38,195 nt of DNA from a virus: UHGV virus genome UHGV-0058093. One strand, given 5' to 3'. Below the pieces are notes generated by a model. It was given only the letters and a program-made list of their open reading frames with translations, had not been told where the DNA came from and searched no databases. The first letter of the stretch is position 1; every line of letters begins with the position of its first letter. The position numbers and the translations under genes were made by a program. Below are positions 8,105 to 18,598 of this stretch, piece after piece.

Positions 8105-8947
8105 GAAATCAGAGGATTTGGCGATGTAGTTAATATCGCACTTCCTAAAGCAGATAACATCTCTGTTGCTATTACTGCTGATACAACTGATGTATGTCCA
8201 GTAGCTGCTGGTGTAACTGCTGATAACTTGAGATTGACTATCAATAACGTAGCAACTTTCTCTATGAAGTTCTCTGATACAGAACAGGTACAATCACAGT
8301 TCAATCTTCTTGATGGTTATGGTGCATTGGCTATGCAGAAACTTGGCGACTTGAAAGATAAACAGGTTATGAAATATGTTATCAACAAAGTTGTTACTGC
8401 TGGTACTAACCTAATCGGTACTGCTGCTGCTCCACAGGCTGTAACTAAAGATGATATCTATGATTATGTAGTTGACCTTGCTGTAATTCTTACAGAAGCA
8501 GGTGCATTAAATGGAGATGGTTACTACACATTTGCCGGTAATGAAGAGGAACCTGAATACTTAATGCCTGTTCTTACAGTAACACCTAAGATATTTGGTC
8601 TTATGTTGAAATCAACTCAACTTACTCATCCGACTGCTGCTGGTGATGAAGTTGTTAAACGTGGTGAACAGAGTATGATGGGTGGATTTGAAATCGACAA
8701 AAACACTGTACTTGCTAAATTCACTTCTACTGATATTACTGGTTTAGCAGCTGGTGCACAAATTTGTATCGCTTCTACTAAGATGGCTACAACTTATGCT
8801 AACCAACTTACTAAAGTAGAAAAATTGAGAGACCCTGATTGCTTCGCAGATATCGTTCGTGGTATTGAGCTTTATGGTTTTGAAGTAATTCACCCGGAAG
8901 CTGCTGCTGTAGCATTCTTTAAAATTGGCGCTGCTGCTACTGAATAA
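8105..8947 (+). CDS. Major capsid protein, exon 2 (280 aa; spliced product 323 aa)
   Basis: C-terminal VEKLRDPDCFADIVRGIELYGFEVIHPEA capsid motif; codon usage of a highly expressed gene. Confidence 0.9.
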   Translation, partial: EIRGFGDVVNIALPKADNISVAITADTTDVCPVAAGVTADNLRLTINNVATFSMKFSDTEQVQSQFNLLDGYGALAMQKLGDLKDKQVMKYVINKVVTAGTNLIGTAAAPQAVTKDDIYDYVVDLAVILTEAGALNGDGYYTFAGNEEEPEYLMPVLTVTPKIFGLMLKSTQLTHPTAAGDEVVKRGEQSMMGGFEIDKNTVLAKFTSTDITGLAAGAQICIASTKMATTYANQLTKVEKLRDPDCFADIVRGIELYGFEVIHPEAAAVAFFKIGAAATE

Positions 8948-8954
8948 TAACTTC

Positions 8955-8992
8955 GCTATAGGGGGTAAAACCTCTATAGCTCTTGTTAATTT
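8955..8992 (+). terminator. Hairpin/terminator after the capsid gene
   Basis: GCTATAGGGGGT-AAA-ACCTCTATAGC followed by a weak T tract. Confidence 0.7.
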
Positions 8993-9009
8993 AAAGATGG
9001 AGTAGATTA

Positions 9010-9744
9010 ATGGGTAAAGGAAAAAATTATTTTGAATTATGTAACGATATTCTAACAGAGTTATTCTATGAAAAGATAGCTACATTTGAAGAGTTGGATA
9101 CGTTACCAGAAGGAATTAAAGTTAAGCAAGACCTTAATAATGCTTTATCTTTTATTTGTAATAATGAAGAAAGAGCTTGGAAGTTTAGAGAGGTAAGTAG
9201 ATTTCTACAGCTAGTAGCAAAGCAAGGTGCTTATCCTCTAGAGAATGGCTTTATTAAATACCTAAGATATGCTGATATGCCTATAGTATTAAGCTATATT
9301 GAAGGTCACGAATACTTAGCTTATGCAGAAGGAATGCCATTGAATTACTGGATGGATGATGGAGAGATTAATCTTTATCCTGTACCAAGTGAAGACCAGA
9401 ATGGTAGATTAATTAAGGTAAGCTTATTAACTTACGACTATGCTAAAGATAAATGTGGTGTAGCTAAACCTTTAATGGAATATGAGACTGATGAACCTAT
9501 TATCCCAGCTCATCATAGAGATATACTTAAATGGAGAGTATGTTCTGACTGGAGAGGAAGCGTTAATGACGCTAAGGCTGCATTCTATGAAAGGAAGTAT
9601 AAGAAAGCATACGCTGCATTATGTAACGACCAAAGATTAACAAGTGGTTATCCTGCTGGATTTGATATAATGCCTTCAAATAACACAGCACAGAATGCTA
9701 TAATGAATGCGTTTTACAACCCTAGAACTAGGAGAATTATTTAA
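9010..9744 (+). CDS. Head-tail adaptor / tail tubular protein A-like
   Basis: Position after the capsid gene; size; INLYPVP and DEPIIPAHHRDIL adaptor-like patterns. Confidence 0.7.
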   Translation: MGKGKNYFELCNDILTELFYEKIATFEELDTLPEGIKVKQDLNNALSFICNNEERAWKFREVSRFLQLVAKQGAYPLENGFIKYLRYADMPIVLSYIEGHEYLAYAEGMPLNYWMDDGEINLYPVPSEDQNGRLIKVSLLTYDYAKDKCGVAKPLMEYETDEPIIPAHHRDILKWRVCSDWRGSVNDAKAAFYERKYKKAYAALCNDQRLTSGYPAGFDIMPSNNTAQNAIMNAFYNPRTRRII

Positions 9745-11528
9745 TGGCTGGAACTATTTCATACTTCAACCTAACTGGTGGACTTAATACAATTCAAGGA
9801 TTGGGTACAATTAACCAGACTAACAAACGTACCGAAAGTCCCGATATGAAGAATGTTGAGTATTATAAACTTGGTGGTTTAATTACTATGAATGGTAATA
9901 CTCAATTTGGAGATACCTTCGATAGTCCAATCTCGTTAGGTTATGAATATATATATGGTAACAATAAATATATGATTGTTATTACTACCAATAGTGAAGT
10001 GTTTATATACGATAAAGTATCTGGTAGTTTTAAATTAATATTCAAGTTTGAGAATAAAAACACACGTCATAGTATCTGCTCTTTTAATAACGGTATTATA
10101 ATGAGTAACGGTATTGACGATTTAGTCTTCTACCAGTATGGAAGAAAGGATTTAATAGCAACCAGCGTAAGTACAACAGGTGCTAATAATAAAGTTACAG
10201 GTACTAATACAAATTTCCTCACAGAGCTGTCTGTAGGTGATTATATCATACTTGGAAATGATGAGGATATATTTGCTAATAAATATAGAATAGTCTCAAT
10301 AGAAAGCGATACAGAGCTGTCTCTAGATAGAAATTATCCTACTGCACAAACTTCTGTAGCTTTATATCTTAGTGATTTATCAGCTTGTAATGCTGTATTT
10401 AAAACACAAGGAGAAAGTCCTGTAGAAACTGACGTAAGAGGTTTAGCCTTAAACTCTTATAACGGTAGAATATTTGTAGGTGGTACTGATGGTATTCTTT
10501 ACTACTCAGAGGTAGGACTTATCCACGGATGGGAACAACAATATGGAGCTGGTGCTATCCCTGCATTCTATGATGATAACTCTGACTTTACAGCACTGGG
10601 ATTGTTTGATAAGTATTTAATAATCTTTAAAAGAGAAAGATGTTATCTACTAGATGGTAATGATACTAATGATACTAATTGGACAGTAACACCGTACTCA
10701 TTATATACTTGTGATAGTCAACAGTCTTGGATAGACGCTGATAGTTCTTTATTAGTATATTCAAGAAATGCTGGTGGTATTTATCCTGTATTAAAGCGTA
10801 CAATATATAACCCTATCTTTCAAGGTAGTGAGTTGTCAATGAAGATTAGAGATAGTTTTCAGTTTATCAATGAAGCTAGATTTGATTATATATTCCCAGT
10901 ATATCATCCAGAAAAGAAGTACGTTATGTTTTATGTGCCGTTATTAACTGGTAAAGGTTCTAATACAGCATTTATTTATGATGTTACTTCTAAGACTTGG
11001 CTAAAAAGAGAAGTATCTCAAAATGTTACGATAGCTTTTAGGTTTGATAATGAAATCTATATAGGTACTACTGATGGTAAAATTCTTAAAGAGTTTTCTG
11101 GTTTAACTTTTGACGGAAGTCCTATTGAATTCTACTGGAAGTCACCTTCATTTACATTCGGACAAGGTACTAACTTCTTATCAGCTAGAGAGTTTAGAAT
11201 AAAGATGAGTGAGGAATATACCAATAACTTTAGGGTAAGAAACTCTAGGGATGGTAAGACTACTTATACCGAAAGAAAGATAAACAGTAATGAGAATGCT
11301 TTTATTGGTCTTGTATGGGATGTAGATGAGAATACAGAAAGTATTACAGATACCGTATGGGATGAAGATAGTTGGGTAGTAAGTAGTTATATTACTAAAC
11401 GATTTCCTTTAATGAACCAGATATTTCAGACTATGAGTGTTGAGTTTTACGGTAATGGTTTGAATGAAGCTATGTGTATTTATGGGTTTGAAATAGATGG
11501 GGTACAATTAGAGGAAGTACCTTGGTAA
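9744..11528 (+). CDS. Tail nozzle / stabilisation protein (tail tubular B or P22 gp10-like beta-propeller)
   Basis: N-terminal FNLTGGLN...ESPDMKNV; beta-rich; YNGRIFVG...LYYSE; synteny. Confidence 0.7.
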   Translation: MAGTISYFNLTGGLNTIQGLGTINQTNKRTESPDMKNVEYYKLGGLITMNGNTQFGDTFDSPISLGYEYIYGNNKYMIVITTNSEVFIYDKVSGSFKLIFKFENKNTRHSICSFNNGIIMSNGIDDLVFYQYGRKDLIATSVSTTGANNKVTGTNTNFLTELSVGDYIILGNDEDIFANKYRIVSIESDTELSLDRNYPTAQTSVALYLSDLSACNAVFKTQGESPVETDVRGLALNSYNGRIFVGGTDGILYYSEVGLIHGWEQQYGAGAIPAFYDDNSDFTALGLFDKYLIIFKRERCYLLDGNDTNDTNWTVTPYSLYTCDSQQSWIDADSSLLVYSRNAGGIYPVLKRTIYNPIFQGSELSMKIRDSFQFINEARFDYIFPVYHPEKKYVMFYVPLLTGKGSNTAFIYDVTSKTWLKREVSQNVTIAFRFDNEIYIGTTDGKILKEFSGLTFDGSPIEFYWKSPSFTFGQGTNFLSAREFRIKMSEEYTNNFRVRNSRDGKTTYTERKINSNENAFIGLVWDVDENTESITDTVWDEDSWVVSSYITKRFPLMNQIFQTMSVEFYGNGLNEAMCIYGFEIDGVQLEEVPW

Positions 11529-11545
11529 AATATGGAGATTAAATA

Positions 11546-12412
11546 ATGGGTAAGAAAACACCTTCAAGACCACAGTATGAGCAATTAGCTGATACTCCGT
11601 GGATTACAAGAAATAGAGAATTAAATACTAATTCTTATGCAAATCTTAATACTGCTCTTAATGATTTCCAGAACTTTAATGTAAACAATAATGACTATTA
11701 TCAATCAATAGCAGACGCTTATACTAATGCTCAATGGAATGATTTAAATAGAGCTTATACTCAACGGGCTAATCAATTAGCAGCTAGAGAAAGACAAAGA
11801 CTAGGTACATCAGGCTCTAGTTCATCCGCTTACAACACAGATAGTCTCAATAGAAACTATGATTACTTAGCAAGTCAAGTAGCTGCTAACACTGCTAACC
11901 AATATAATAATTTAGTTAATCAAGCTTACAATAGAGGATTAGCTAATATTAATCTCTACAATACTTTGTTCAACAATTCAGGTACTGAAACTCAAAGAGT
12001 AGATGAAAACAACTGGAAGATAAGATTACAGAACCAACAGAACAAATGGTTAGATGAGGTTGATGACGCTAATAGCGGTTTTAATATTGGTGGTGCTTTA
12101 ACAGGTGCATTATCTGGTGCTACCTCTGGATTTGCTATGGGTGGCCCTTGGGGAGCATTAGGAGGAGCTGTAATAGGTGGAGCTACTGGAGGTTTTGGAG
12201 GTAGTAACCAGTCCAGTTCAACACTAGGAGGACAAGCAGGAGGCTTTTTAAATTCTTTAAATAGTGGTTCTACCTCTAATATATCAAGTCCTAATACTTA
12301 TCAAACTTTCTCTGGTATAGGAAATACAAATACTGGATGGGGATTAAATACAAGTGATTTAACTAATAATCTTTCTAATAGTAACTTTGAAGATATATGG
12401 GGTAGGATATAA
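11546..12412 (+). CDS. Internal virion / DNA ejection protein with glycine zipper
   Basis: N/Q-rich helix plus GGALTGALSGATSGFAMGGPWGALGGAVIGG; synteny. Confidence 0.6.
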   Translation: MGKKTPSRPQYEQLADTPWITRNRELNTNSYANLNTALNDFQNFNVNNNDYYQSIADAYTNAQWNDLNRAYTQRANQLAARERQRLGTSGSSSSAYNTDSLNRNYDYLASQVAANTANQYNNLVNQAYNRGLANINLYNTLFNNSGTETQRVDENNWKIRLQNQQNKWLDEVDDANSGFNIGGALTGALSGATSGFAMGGPWGALGGAVIGGATGGFGGSNQSSSTLGGQAGGFLNSLNSGSTSNISSPNTYQTFSGIGNTNTGWGLNTSDLTNNLSNSNFEDIWGRI

Positions 12413-14406
12413 TGGCAACAATAGAATGGTTATATAACAATTATAAATCAAGATTTCCTGATGGTAGACCTGACCAGTTTCTTAATTTAATGAAAAGGAA
12501 CTTTCCTAAACAATACAATCAGGCTAAACAATATATAGAAAGAATGGCTAAACAAATAGAGGAAGTTGTAGAAAGAACTACAGAACAACCTAAACAAGAA
12601 AAACCTAAACAGTCTACCAAGAAAGTATCCACCTCTAATACCAACATAAATAAAGATTTAGATATTCTCTATGGTAATCAGAATAACAAACCTAAGCTTG
12701 ATGATATTAAACAAAAGGTTGGTGGTGCTACTAAGTCAGCTCCTAAAGCAACTCCTAAAGCTGGTGGTGTATTAAAAGGTGTAGGTGGTAAGGTTGCTCC
12801 TGCTGCTGGTATAGCATTAGAACTTCCTTCTTACTGGAAGAATGTTACTGATGAGAATGCTGACTGGATGTCTCGTTCATTAGATACCTTAGGCTTATTA
12901 ACTAAAGGTGGGTCTATTATAGCTGGTGCTACTGGTGTAGGATTACTTCCTGCTGTAGCTGGATATACGGGTGGTGCTGGATTACAAAAAGCAGCAGGAG
13001 ATATTAGAAGTAGAAACGCAACTGATAAACTTCTAGCTAAAGATAGTCTAAAACCTTTAACTCCAGAAGAACAACAAAGATATAATCAGTATATTATAAA
13101 CAATCAAGATAAAATGATTGCACAAACAAAACAACAGATGAAGGACTTAGATGGGATTAGGAAGTTTTATGAAGGTGCTGAACAAAGATTGTCTGCTATA
13201 GATGATACGCTAAACACATCAGAAGCGTCACAATCGATTTTAAGAGGGGTTAATTTTAATGGGAATGTAAATACACCTAAAACTAATTTACCCCCTGTTA
13301 AAACGCAATCTGGAGCGTCTGGTAATATTTCTAATAATGTTCCTGTACAACAAAATAATACGGTGGATAAAATTATGGCTAATAATATAAATAGAAATAA
13401 TACTTTATTAAATGATATAGTAGGTATTTCAAATGTTATTAAAGGAGCTCAAGCTGGTTATCAACAACCTAATGTTGGTGTTACAGAGGAGGAAGTTAAT
13501 GCTTACTTAAATGCGCTAGAACAAGCAGGTCAAAACTTAACAAGACAAAACCAATTTATCCAAGATTACAGAAATGCTGTAGCTGCTGATGATAGAGCAT
13601 TAAGACAAGCTCAATTTAATGATGCGTTGCAAGATATAACAAATAAGTTGCAAATGCCTAGCCAAGTATCTTGGGTATCTCCAGAAGGACAGTTAAGAAC
13701 TATTAATGTTGAGACTAACGCAAGTCCTGCTAATAACGTAGCTAATCTAAAAGCACAACCAACTAATGTAGAGAGATTAGCAAAGGATTACCAACTATCA
13801 TCTAACTTAGCTGCTGCACAGAACGAAGCTTTACAAAAGAGAGCTGAATTAGCTAGTGCTATGAGGTTAAGTCAAGAGACTGGGCTACCTCTTAATATAG
13901 CAGCTAATATGACAGGTACTGATTATGTTAATTACCTTAAACCAATTCAAGAAACTCAACAGAAATTAACTACGCAAGGTACACAAGGTATTATTGACTT
14001 AATTAAACAAGAAAGAAATAATATAGCTACCGCTGAAAGAGAAAATGCTAAGGCAATAGCAGACTTAACTACTGAACAGTATAAACAACTTAATGAAAAT
14101 CAAAGAGCTACTCTTGATAACTGGATGGATTATAAGATTGCTCAAATAGATAATGCCACTAAGTTAGATGTTGCTAGACAATTAGGTGTCAACTCACAAG
14201 ACCTAGAGAAGTTAAAACAATCAGACCCGTTAGCAGCTATGAAGATTAAAGCTCAACTTATTGAAGCTGCTACTTATTATAACGACCCAATAGGTCAAAC
14301 AATGTTGAAGGATGTATACGCTCAATTATATCCTGAACAACAAACTGAACAAAACCCTACTGGTATGACTAGAGACCAGTTAGATTATTGGAGACAATTT
14401 AAGTAA
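12412..14406 (+). CDS. Internal virion / DNA ejection protein
   Basis: 664 aa, A/Q/N-rich and helical with a Gly-rich hydrophobic segment; synteny. Confidence 0.55.
   Translation: MATIEWLYNNYKSRFPDGRPDQFLNLMKRNFPKQYNQAKQYIERMAKQIEEVVERTTEQPKQEKPKQSTKKVSTSNTNINKDLDILYGNQNNKPKLDDIKQKVGGATKSAPKATPKAGGVLKGVGGKVAPAAGIALELPSYWKNVTDENADWMSRSLDTLGLLTKGGSIIAGATGVGLLPAVAGYTGGAGLQKAAGDIRSRNATDKLLAKDSLKPLTPEEQQRYNQYIINNQDKMIAQTKQQMKDLDGIRKFYEGAEQRLSAIDDTLNTSEASQSILRGVNFNGNVNTPKTNLPPVKTQSGASGNISNNVPVQQNNTVDKIMANNINRNNTLLNDIVGISNVIKGAQAGYQQPNVGVTEEEVNAYLNALEQAGQNLTRQNQFIQDYRNAVAADDRALRQAQFNDALQDITNKLQMPSQVSWVSPEGQLRTINVETNASPANNVANLKAQPTNVERLAKDYQLSSNLAAAQNEALQKRAELASAMRLSQETGLPLNIAANMTGTDYVNYLKPIQETQQKLTTQGTQGIIDLIKQERNNIATAERENAKAIADLTTEQYKQLNENQRATLDNWMDYKIAQIDNATKLDVARQLGVNSQDLEKLKQSDPLAAMKIKAQLIEAATYYNDPIGQTMLKDVYAQLYPEQQTEQNPTGMTRDQLDYWRQFK
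13220..13320 (+). repeat. Copy of dispersed ~100-bp degenerate element, embedded in-frame in a CDS
   Basis: ACAATCGATTTTAAGAGGGG...ACCTAAAACTAATTTACCCC...TTAAAACGCAATCTGG aligns with 20311-20412 (reverse complement) and 22031-22143. Confidence 0.6.
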
Positions 14407-14417
14407 GGATTTATTAG

Positions 14418-17309
14418 ATGGTTGAATTTAATAGACAAGAAGCTATAAAGGGTGCTATAGAAGGTGGACAATCTATTGCAGATATTAATAGAGGTTTATC
14501 TTCTATAGGGCAAGACCCTCTTAGTGAATATGAGCAAACTCTTATTAATAGAGATAGATACGGAATGAATGTTGCTCAAAGGTTTGGTACAGGTGCTAGA
14601 GACTTTGCAGCAGGTCTTGCAACTATTCTCGGTAGTCCGTATGTATATGCTACTAATGAAAACTTTAGAGATACTGTTAATCGGAATGTAGCTAATTATG
14701 CAGGTCAAGTAGCACGTGGTGAAACTAATGTAGTAAATGATTTTGCTAATATGGTGTTATCTCCTTATGGTGTTACTACAGAAGGTATAGCTAATAATCC
14801 AATACAATCTGCTAAGACCGCTGTATATAACGCAGGTGCTGACCCTTTTAATGCTGTGTTGGATACTATCACATTAACTCCTAAAGGTAGTATAGCTAAG
14901 GCAGCCTCTAAGTTAGATAATATTCCTACAGTTAGACCTATTAGAGAAGCTTTGTTACCTACTCAAAGAGAAAGAGAAATAAATAGTATCCTCAATATCG
15001 GAGACTTGGATGTAGGTAAAAGAGCAGCAAGACAGAACTTTAAAGCTGCTGACCTTGCCAATAGAAAAGGAATTGATAAAGCTGTAGAGGGTTTAACTAC
15101 TGGTAAATGGGATGAGAAGTATATAGACTTAACCCAAGAACTTAAAGCCTACTCAGATGAGATAGGTAAAGAATTAATAGACTTAGGAGTAGACCCTACC
15201 TTTATTAAGAACACTGCAATAGGACAGTTTGTTTTAGAAAATCTAGACCCTAGTAGAACAAAGAATGTGTATCTACAGAATATACAAAAAGCTATTGAAA
15301 ATCCTACAAAGGAAAACCTAGCTAATATTGGAACTACTCAAAAGACTTTAAATGAGTTGGTTCAAAGAGGAACTAAACTATACGATGAAGGTAAGATAGC
15401 TCCTATTACTCAAAGAGGTTTATTTAAAGCTGGGGATAAAACCTTAGTCGATTTAACTGATATAGGTAAAGGCTTATCAACAGAGAGAGTTTATGGTTAT
15501 GGTACTACTCAAGAAGTAGCAAGTAACTTAGACAGAGGTTATAGGCAATTAGTATCGGAGATAGAAAGAGCTAAACAAGCTCAAATATCTTTTGAAACTC
15601 TAGCAGAGAAGTTTGGCAATAGAATTAATAAAGCTGACGCTGCTAAGATAAGTAAGAATGAAGTAGTTATATCTCCAAGAGAATTTAAAGACGGGGTTAA
15701 GACTTTATTTAATACTGGTAGACAAAGTGAGATAGGTAACTTCACTAAACAATTATCACAAGGTGGAAGTCCTTCTACTTTAAAGAAGTATGCTAATGAT
15801 TTATACGTAGTACCTAAGAGAGACTTAGAAGCCTTTACAAATAGGGTTAGAGGTCTTGACCCTAATAGTACAGTAGGAAAGATTTCTGCTGCTGTTAAAC
15901 CGTTAATGGGTGCGTTTAAATCAAGCGTATTGGTTAAGCCTCAATATATTGTAGGTAACAGAGTTGGTAACTTTGCATTAGGTAGTATAGGTGGTGCTGA
16001 TTATATTAGTGCATATAGACCTTCACTACAAAAGTATTTACCAGAATATCTATTAACATCCACCACATATAAAGGTTTAGCTCCAGTATTTGAAGACGTC
16101 CCTCTTGCTACTACCTTTAAAGATGTGACTAGAGAACTTAAACAATCAGCAGACTTATTAACTAACCCTAAGAGTACATTCGCTCAAAGATTACAGGGTG
16201 CTGGTGGTATAGTTAAATCTTCACAAGACTATTTAGCTAGACCATTATTCCAAGCTGAAAGTACGTTAGAAACATTTGATAGAGCTGCTGTGTATTTCAA
16301 TCAAGCTAAGAAAATGGCTAAAGAATTAAAGGTAGATGTTGATGATTTACTTGAAAGAAGTCTTACAGACCAGAATATACAAAGACAATTGATTGATAGA
16401 ACTAACTCTGTGTTAGGGGATTATGTAGGTAAGAACTATTATATCTCTCCTGAGTTGCACGAGCTTGGTGCATTATCATTCCCATTCTACAAAGTAGCTA
16501 CTACTTCTAAGGATGTATTGATAAATCAATTAAGAGATAACCCATTAAGACTTCAAGCATTCGCTAGAAACCCTGCAAGGATTGGTAATGAATTAGAACA
16601 ATTTGATGTGACGGTAGGACAACAACCAGATGATAGAGATATAAGAGGTGGGTTGACTGTTAAACCTACATATACAAAACGCTTCCCAGCTCAAAAGGTT
16701 TACTTCGACTACCATCCTCTATCAGCTCCATTCCAAACATTAAGTAATATATTACCTACTGGTAAGGCTAACGAACCATCCGGAATTTCCGGAGCGTTGG
16801 ATATGTTGAGTGGTAATATCAATCCATTAACAGGATTATTTAATGCTATGACAGGTAAGGACGCTTGGGGTAATCCAGTTGTAGGTTCTAATAGTTATGT
16901 TGTAAATGGTAAAGTAATAACTCTTGATAATAATGGTAATCCAATTCCTCAAAAGGAACCTGATGTATTAGGTGGGTTTACTGGATATTTGTCAAGAAAC
17001 TTTAGTCCAGTAGCTACATTCTTAAACCAAGCATTATTACCGACGATAGCTACAAGAAGTGGACAAGTATATTATCAACCAACTAACAGAAGTATATTAG
17101 GTCAAATTGGAGATAATCGGATACCTTATCTAATGGAAGGTAACCCTAATAAACCAATACTTACTCCTATTGAGAATGAGTTTAGAGTAGGTGGATTTAG
17201 ATTTAGAGATAGTTACTTCCCTTATGATAAGAGAGTTACTCCAAGAGATATTAATATGTTAATAAGACGTAGAGGTCGTAATTATAGACTACAAGAAAGC
17301 AGGAGGTAG
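14418..17309 (+). CDS. Large internal virion / DNA ejection protein
   Basis: 963 aa, third in the ejection triad before the fibre genes. Confidence 0.55.
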   Translation: MVEFNRQEAIKGAIEGGQSIADINRGLSSIGQDPLSEYEQTLINRDRYGMNVAQRFGTGARDFAAGLATILGSPYVYATNENFRDTVNRNVANYAGQVARGETNVVNDFANMVLSPYGVTTEGIANNPIQSAKTAVYNAGADPFNAVLDTITLTPKGSIAKAASKLDNIPTVRPIREALLPTQREREINSILNIGDLDVGKRAARQNFKAADLANRKGIDKAVEGLTTGKWDEKYIDLTQELKAYSDEIGKELIDLGVDPTFIKNTAIGQFVLENLDPSRTKNVYLQNIQKAIENPTKENLANIGTTQKTLNELVQRGTKLYDEGKIAPITQRGLFKAGDKTLVDLTDIGKGLSTERVYGYGTTQEVASNLDRGYRQLVSEIERAKQAQISFETLAEKFGNRINKADAAKISKNEVVISPREFKDGVKTLFNTGRQSEIGNFTKQLSQGGSPSTLKKYANDLYVVPKRDLEAFTNRVRGLDPNSTVGKISAAVKPLMGAFKSSVLVKPQYIVGNRVGNFALGSIGGADYISAYRPSLQKYLPEYLLTSTTYKGLAPVFEDVPLATTFKDVTRELKQSADLLTNPKSTFAQRLQGAGGIVKSSQDYLARPLFQAESTLETFDRAAVYFNQAKKMAKELKVDVDDLLERSLTDQNIQRQLIDRTNSVLGDYVGKNYYISPELHELGALSFPFYKVATTSKDVLINQLRDNPLRLQAFARNPARIGNELEQFDVTVGQQPDDRDIRGGLTVKPTYTKRFPAQKVYFDYHPLSAPFQTLSNILPTGKANEPSGISGALDMLSGNINPLTGLFNAMTGKDAWGNPVVGSNSYVVNGKVITLDNNGNPIPQKEPDVLGGFTGYLSRNFSPVATFLNQALLPTIATRSGQVYYQPTNRSILGQIGDNRIPYLMEGNPNKPILTPIENEFRVGGFRFRDSYFPYDKRVTPRDINMLIRRRGRNYRLQESRR

Positions 17310-17312
17310 AAT

Positions 17313-18173
17313 ATGGTATGGGAGATACCCTATACATTTATAGCTGGTACTAAAGCAAAAGCTAATGAGGTAAATGGTAACTTTACTTCTATTAAGCAAT
17401 TTGTAGACCAGCTTGAAAGTAACTTAGCTACAGCAGAGTTGGATATAAACAATCTTGAAACTAATAAAGCGGATATTAATGGTAGTCAAAATGAAGTGTT
17501 TCAAGTAGCTAACGCAGAAAATAATAAAGACGCTGTAAACCTAGAAACATTAAAAGCTCAAACAGTAAATAGCTTAGACGTAATTAGAGGGTTTATTCCT
17601 TTTATGAGTAATGCTACAACTATATCTTGTACAGCAGGTAATTGTTGGGATAGTACCTGTGAACAAATGATAAATTCTTATACTGTATTATCACTACAGG
17701 ATACTGCATTAGCTGCCAATACTACTTATTATATATATGTATGTTATGATAAGGAAACCTCTAGTTGTAAGTTAGCATTCTCGACTAATAGTACAACACC
17801 AACATTACCAGCAGGATATGATTACTTTAGAATAGTTGGTAGTTTTACAACAAACAGTAGCGGTAATATAGATACAGTTTATCCGATTGGTTCAGTTGAT
17901 TTATCAAGTAGAACTGGATTTATTGGTACGTACATTGGTGCTCTACCAATAAATTCAACAACTGTAGCAACACAAAACTGTTTTGTATATACTAAACTTG
18001 CTGGCAACGGTGCTTACATTATAGTACAAATAAATGGTGTAGAAGTATCTTGCCAAACTAGTGGAAGTAAATGGTATAACACAACTACTACTCTAATTCC
18101 TGTTAAAAAAGGACAAATTATTACTATAGCAGGTAATGGTAGCGTAGGAGCGAGCCTTATAAATATGATTTAG
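17313..18173 (+). CDS. Tail fibre / tail attachment protein
   Basis: IPYTFIAGTKAKANEVNGNF attachment motif; PTLPAGYDYFRIVGS; IPVKKGQ C-terminus. Confidence 0.75.
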   Translation: MVWEIPYTFIAGTKAKANEVNGNFTSIKQFVDQLESNLATAELDINNLETNKADINGSQNEVFQVANAENNKDAVNLETLKAQTVNSLDVIRGFIPFMSNATTISCTAGNCWDSTCEQMINSYTVLSLQDTALAANTTYYIYVCYDKETSSCKLAFSTNSTTPTLPAGYDYFRIVGSFTTNSSGNIDTVYPIGSVDLSSRTGFIGTYIGALPINSTTVATQNCFVYTKLAGNGAYIIVQINGVEVSCQTSGSKWYNTTTTLIPVKKGQIITIAGNGSVGASLINMI

Positions 18174-18183
18174 GAGTATAACT

Positions 18184-18588
18184 ATGGTAGATGATTGCAA
18201 TAGATTAGTAGTAGAAATAAAACAAGGAGAAGCTAGAGGGTTTGGATTTACTATACAACAAAAGGTGTTCAATACAGAAACACAAGAGTATGAAATAAAA
18301 CCTTTTGACCTCACAGGTATGGAAGTACATTTCCAAGTTAAGATTGCTCCTTACTTTAATCTACCTAGCTTGATAGATAAAATAATATCCGAAACATCAA
18401 GCGAAGTGGATGTTGGTCTAATATCTTATCCAACAGAAGGTAAGTTTAAGGTACAAATAACAGAACAAGAAGCATTACGTAATCCTTATGATTATGCTTT
18501 AATTATAACGGTAGTAGATAAAGATACTAAGTATATTATTTCTGGTGAAGGTAATACATCTGGTATCTTTAGAGTTTGCAAACAATAG
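18184..18588 (+). CDS. Small virion protein (BppU-N/Ig-like adaptor)
   Basis: IKQGE...PFDLTG...FQVK...GKFKVQIT pattern. Confidence 0.5.
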   Translation: MVDDCNRLVVEIKQGEARGFGFTIQQKVFNTETQEYEIKPFDLTGMEVHFQVKIAPYFNLPSLIDKIISETSSEVDVGLISYPTEGKFKVQITEQEALRNPYDYALIITVVDKDTKYIISGEGNTSGIFRVCKQ

Positions 18589-18598
18589 GAGATATAAG

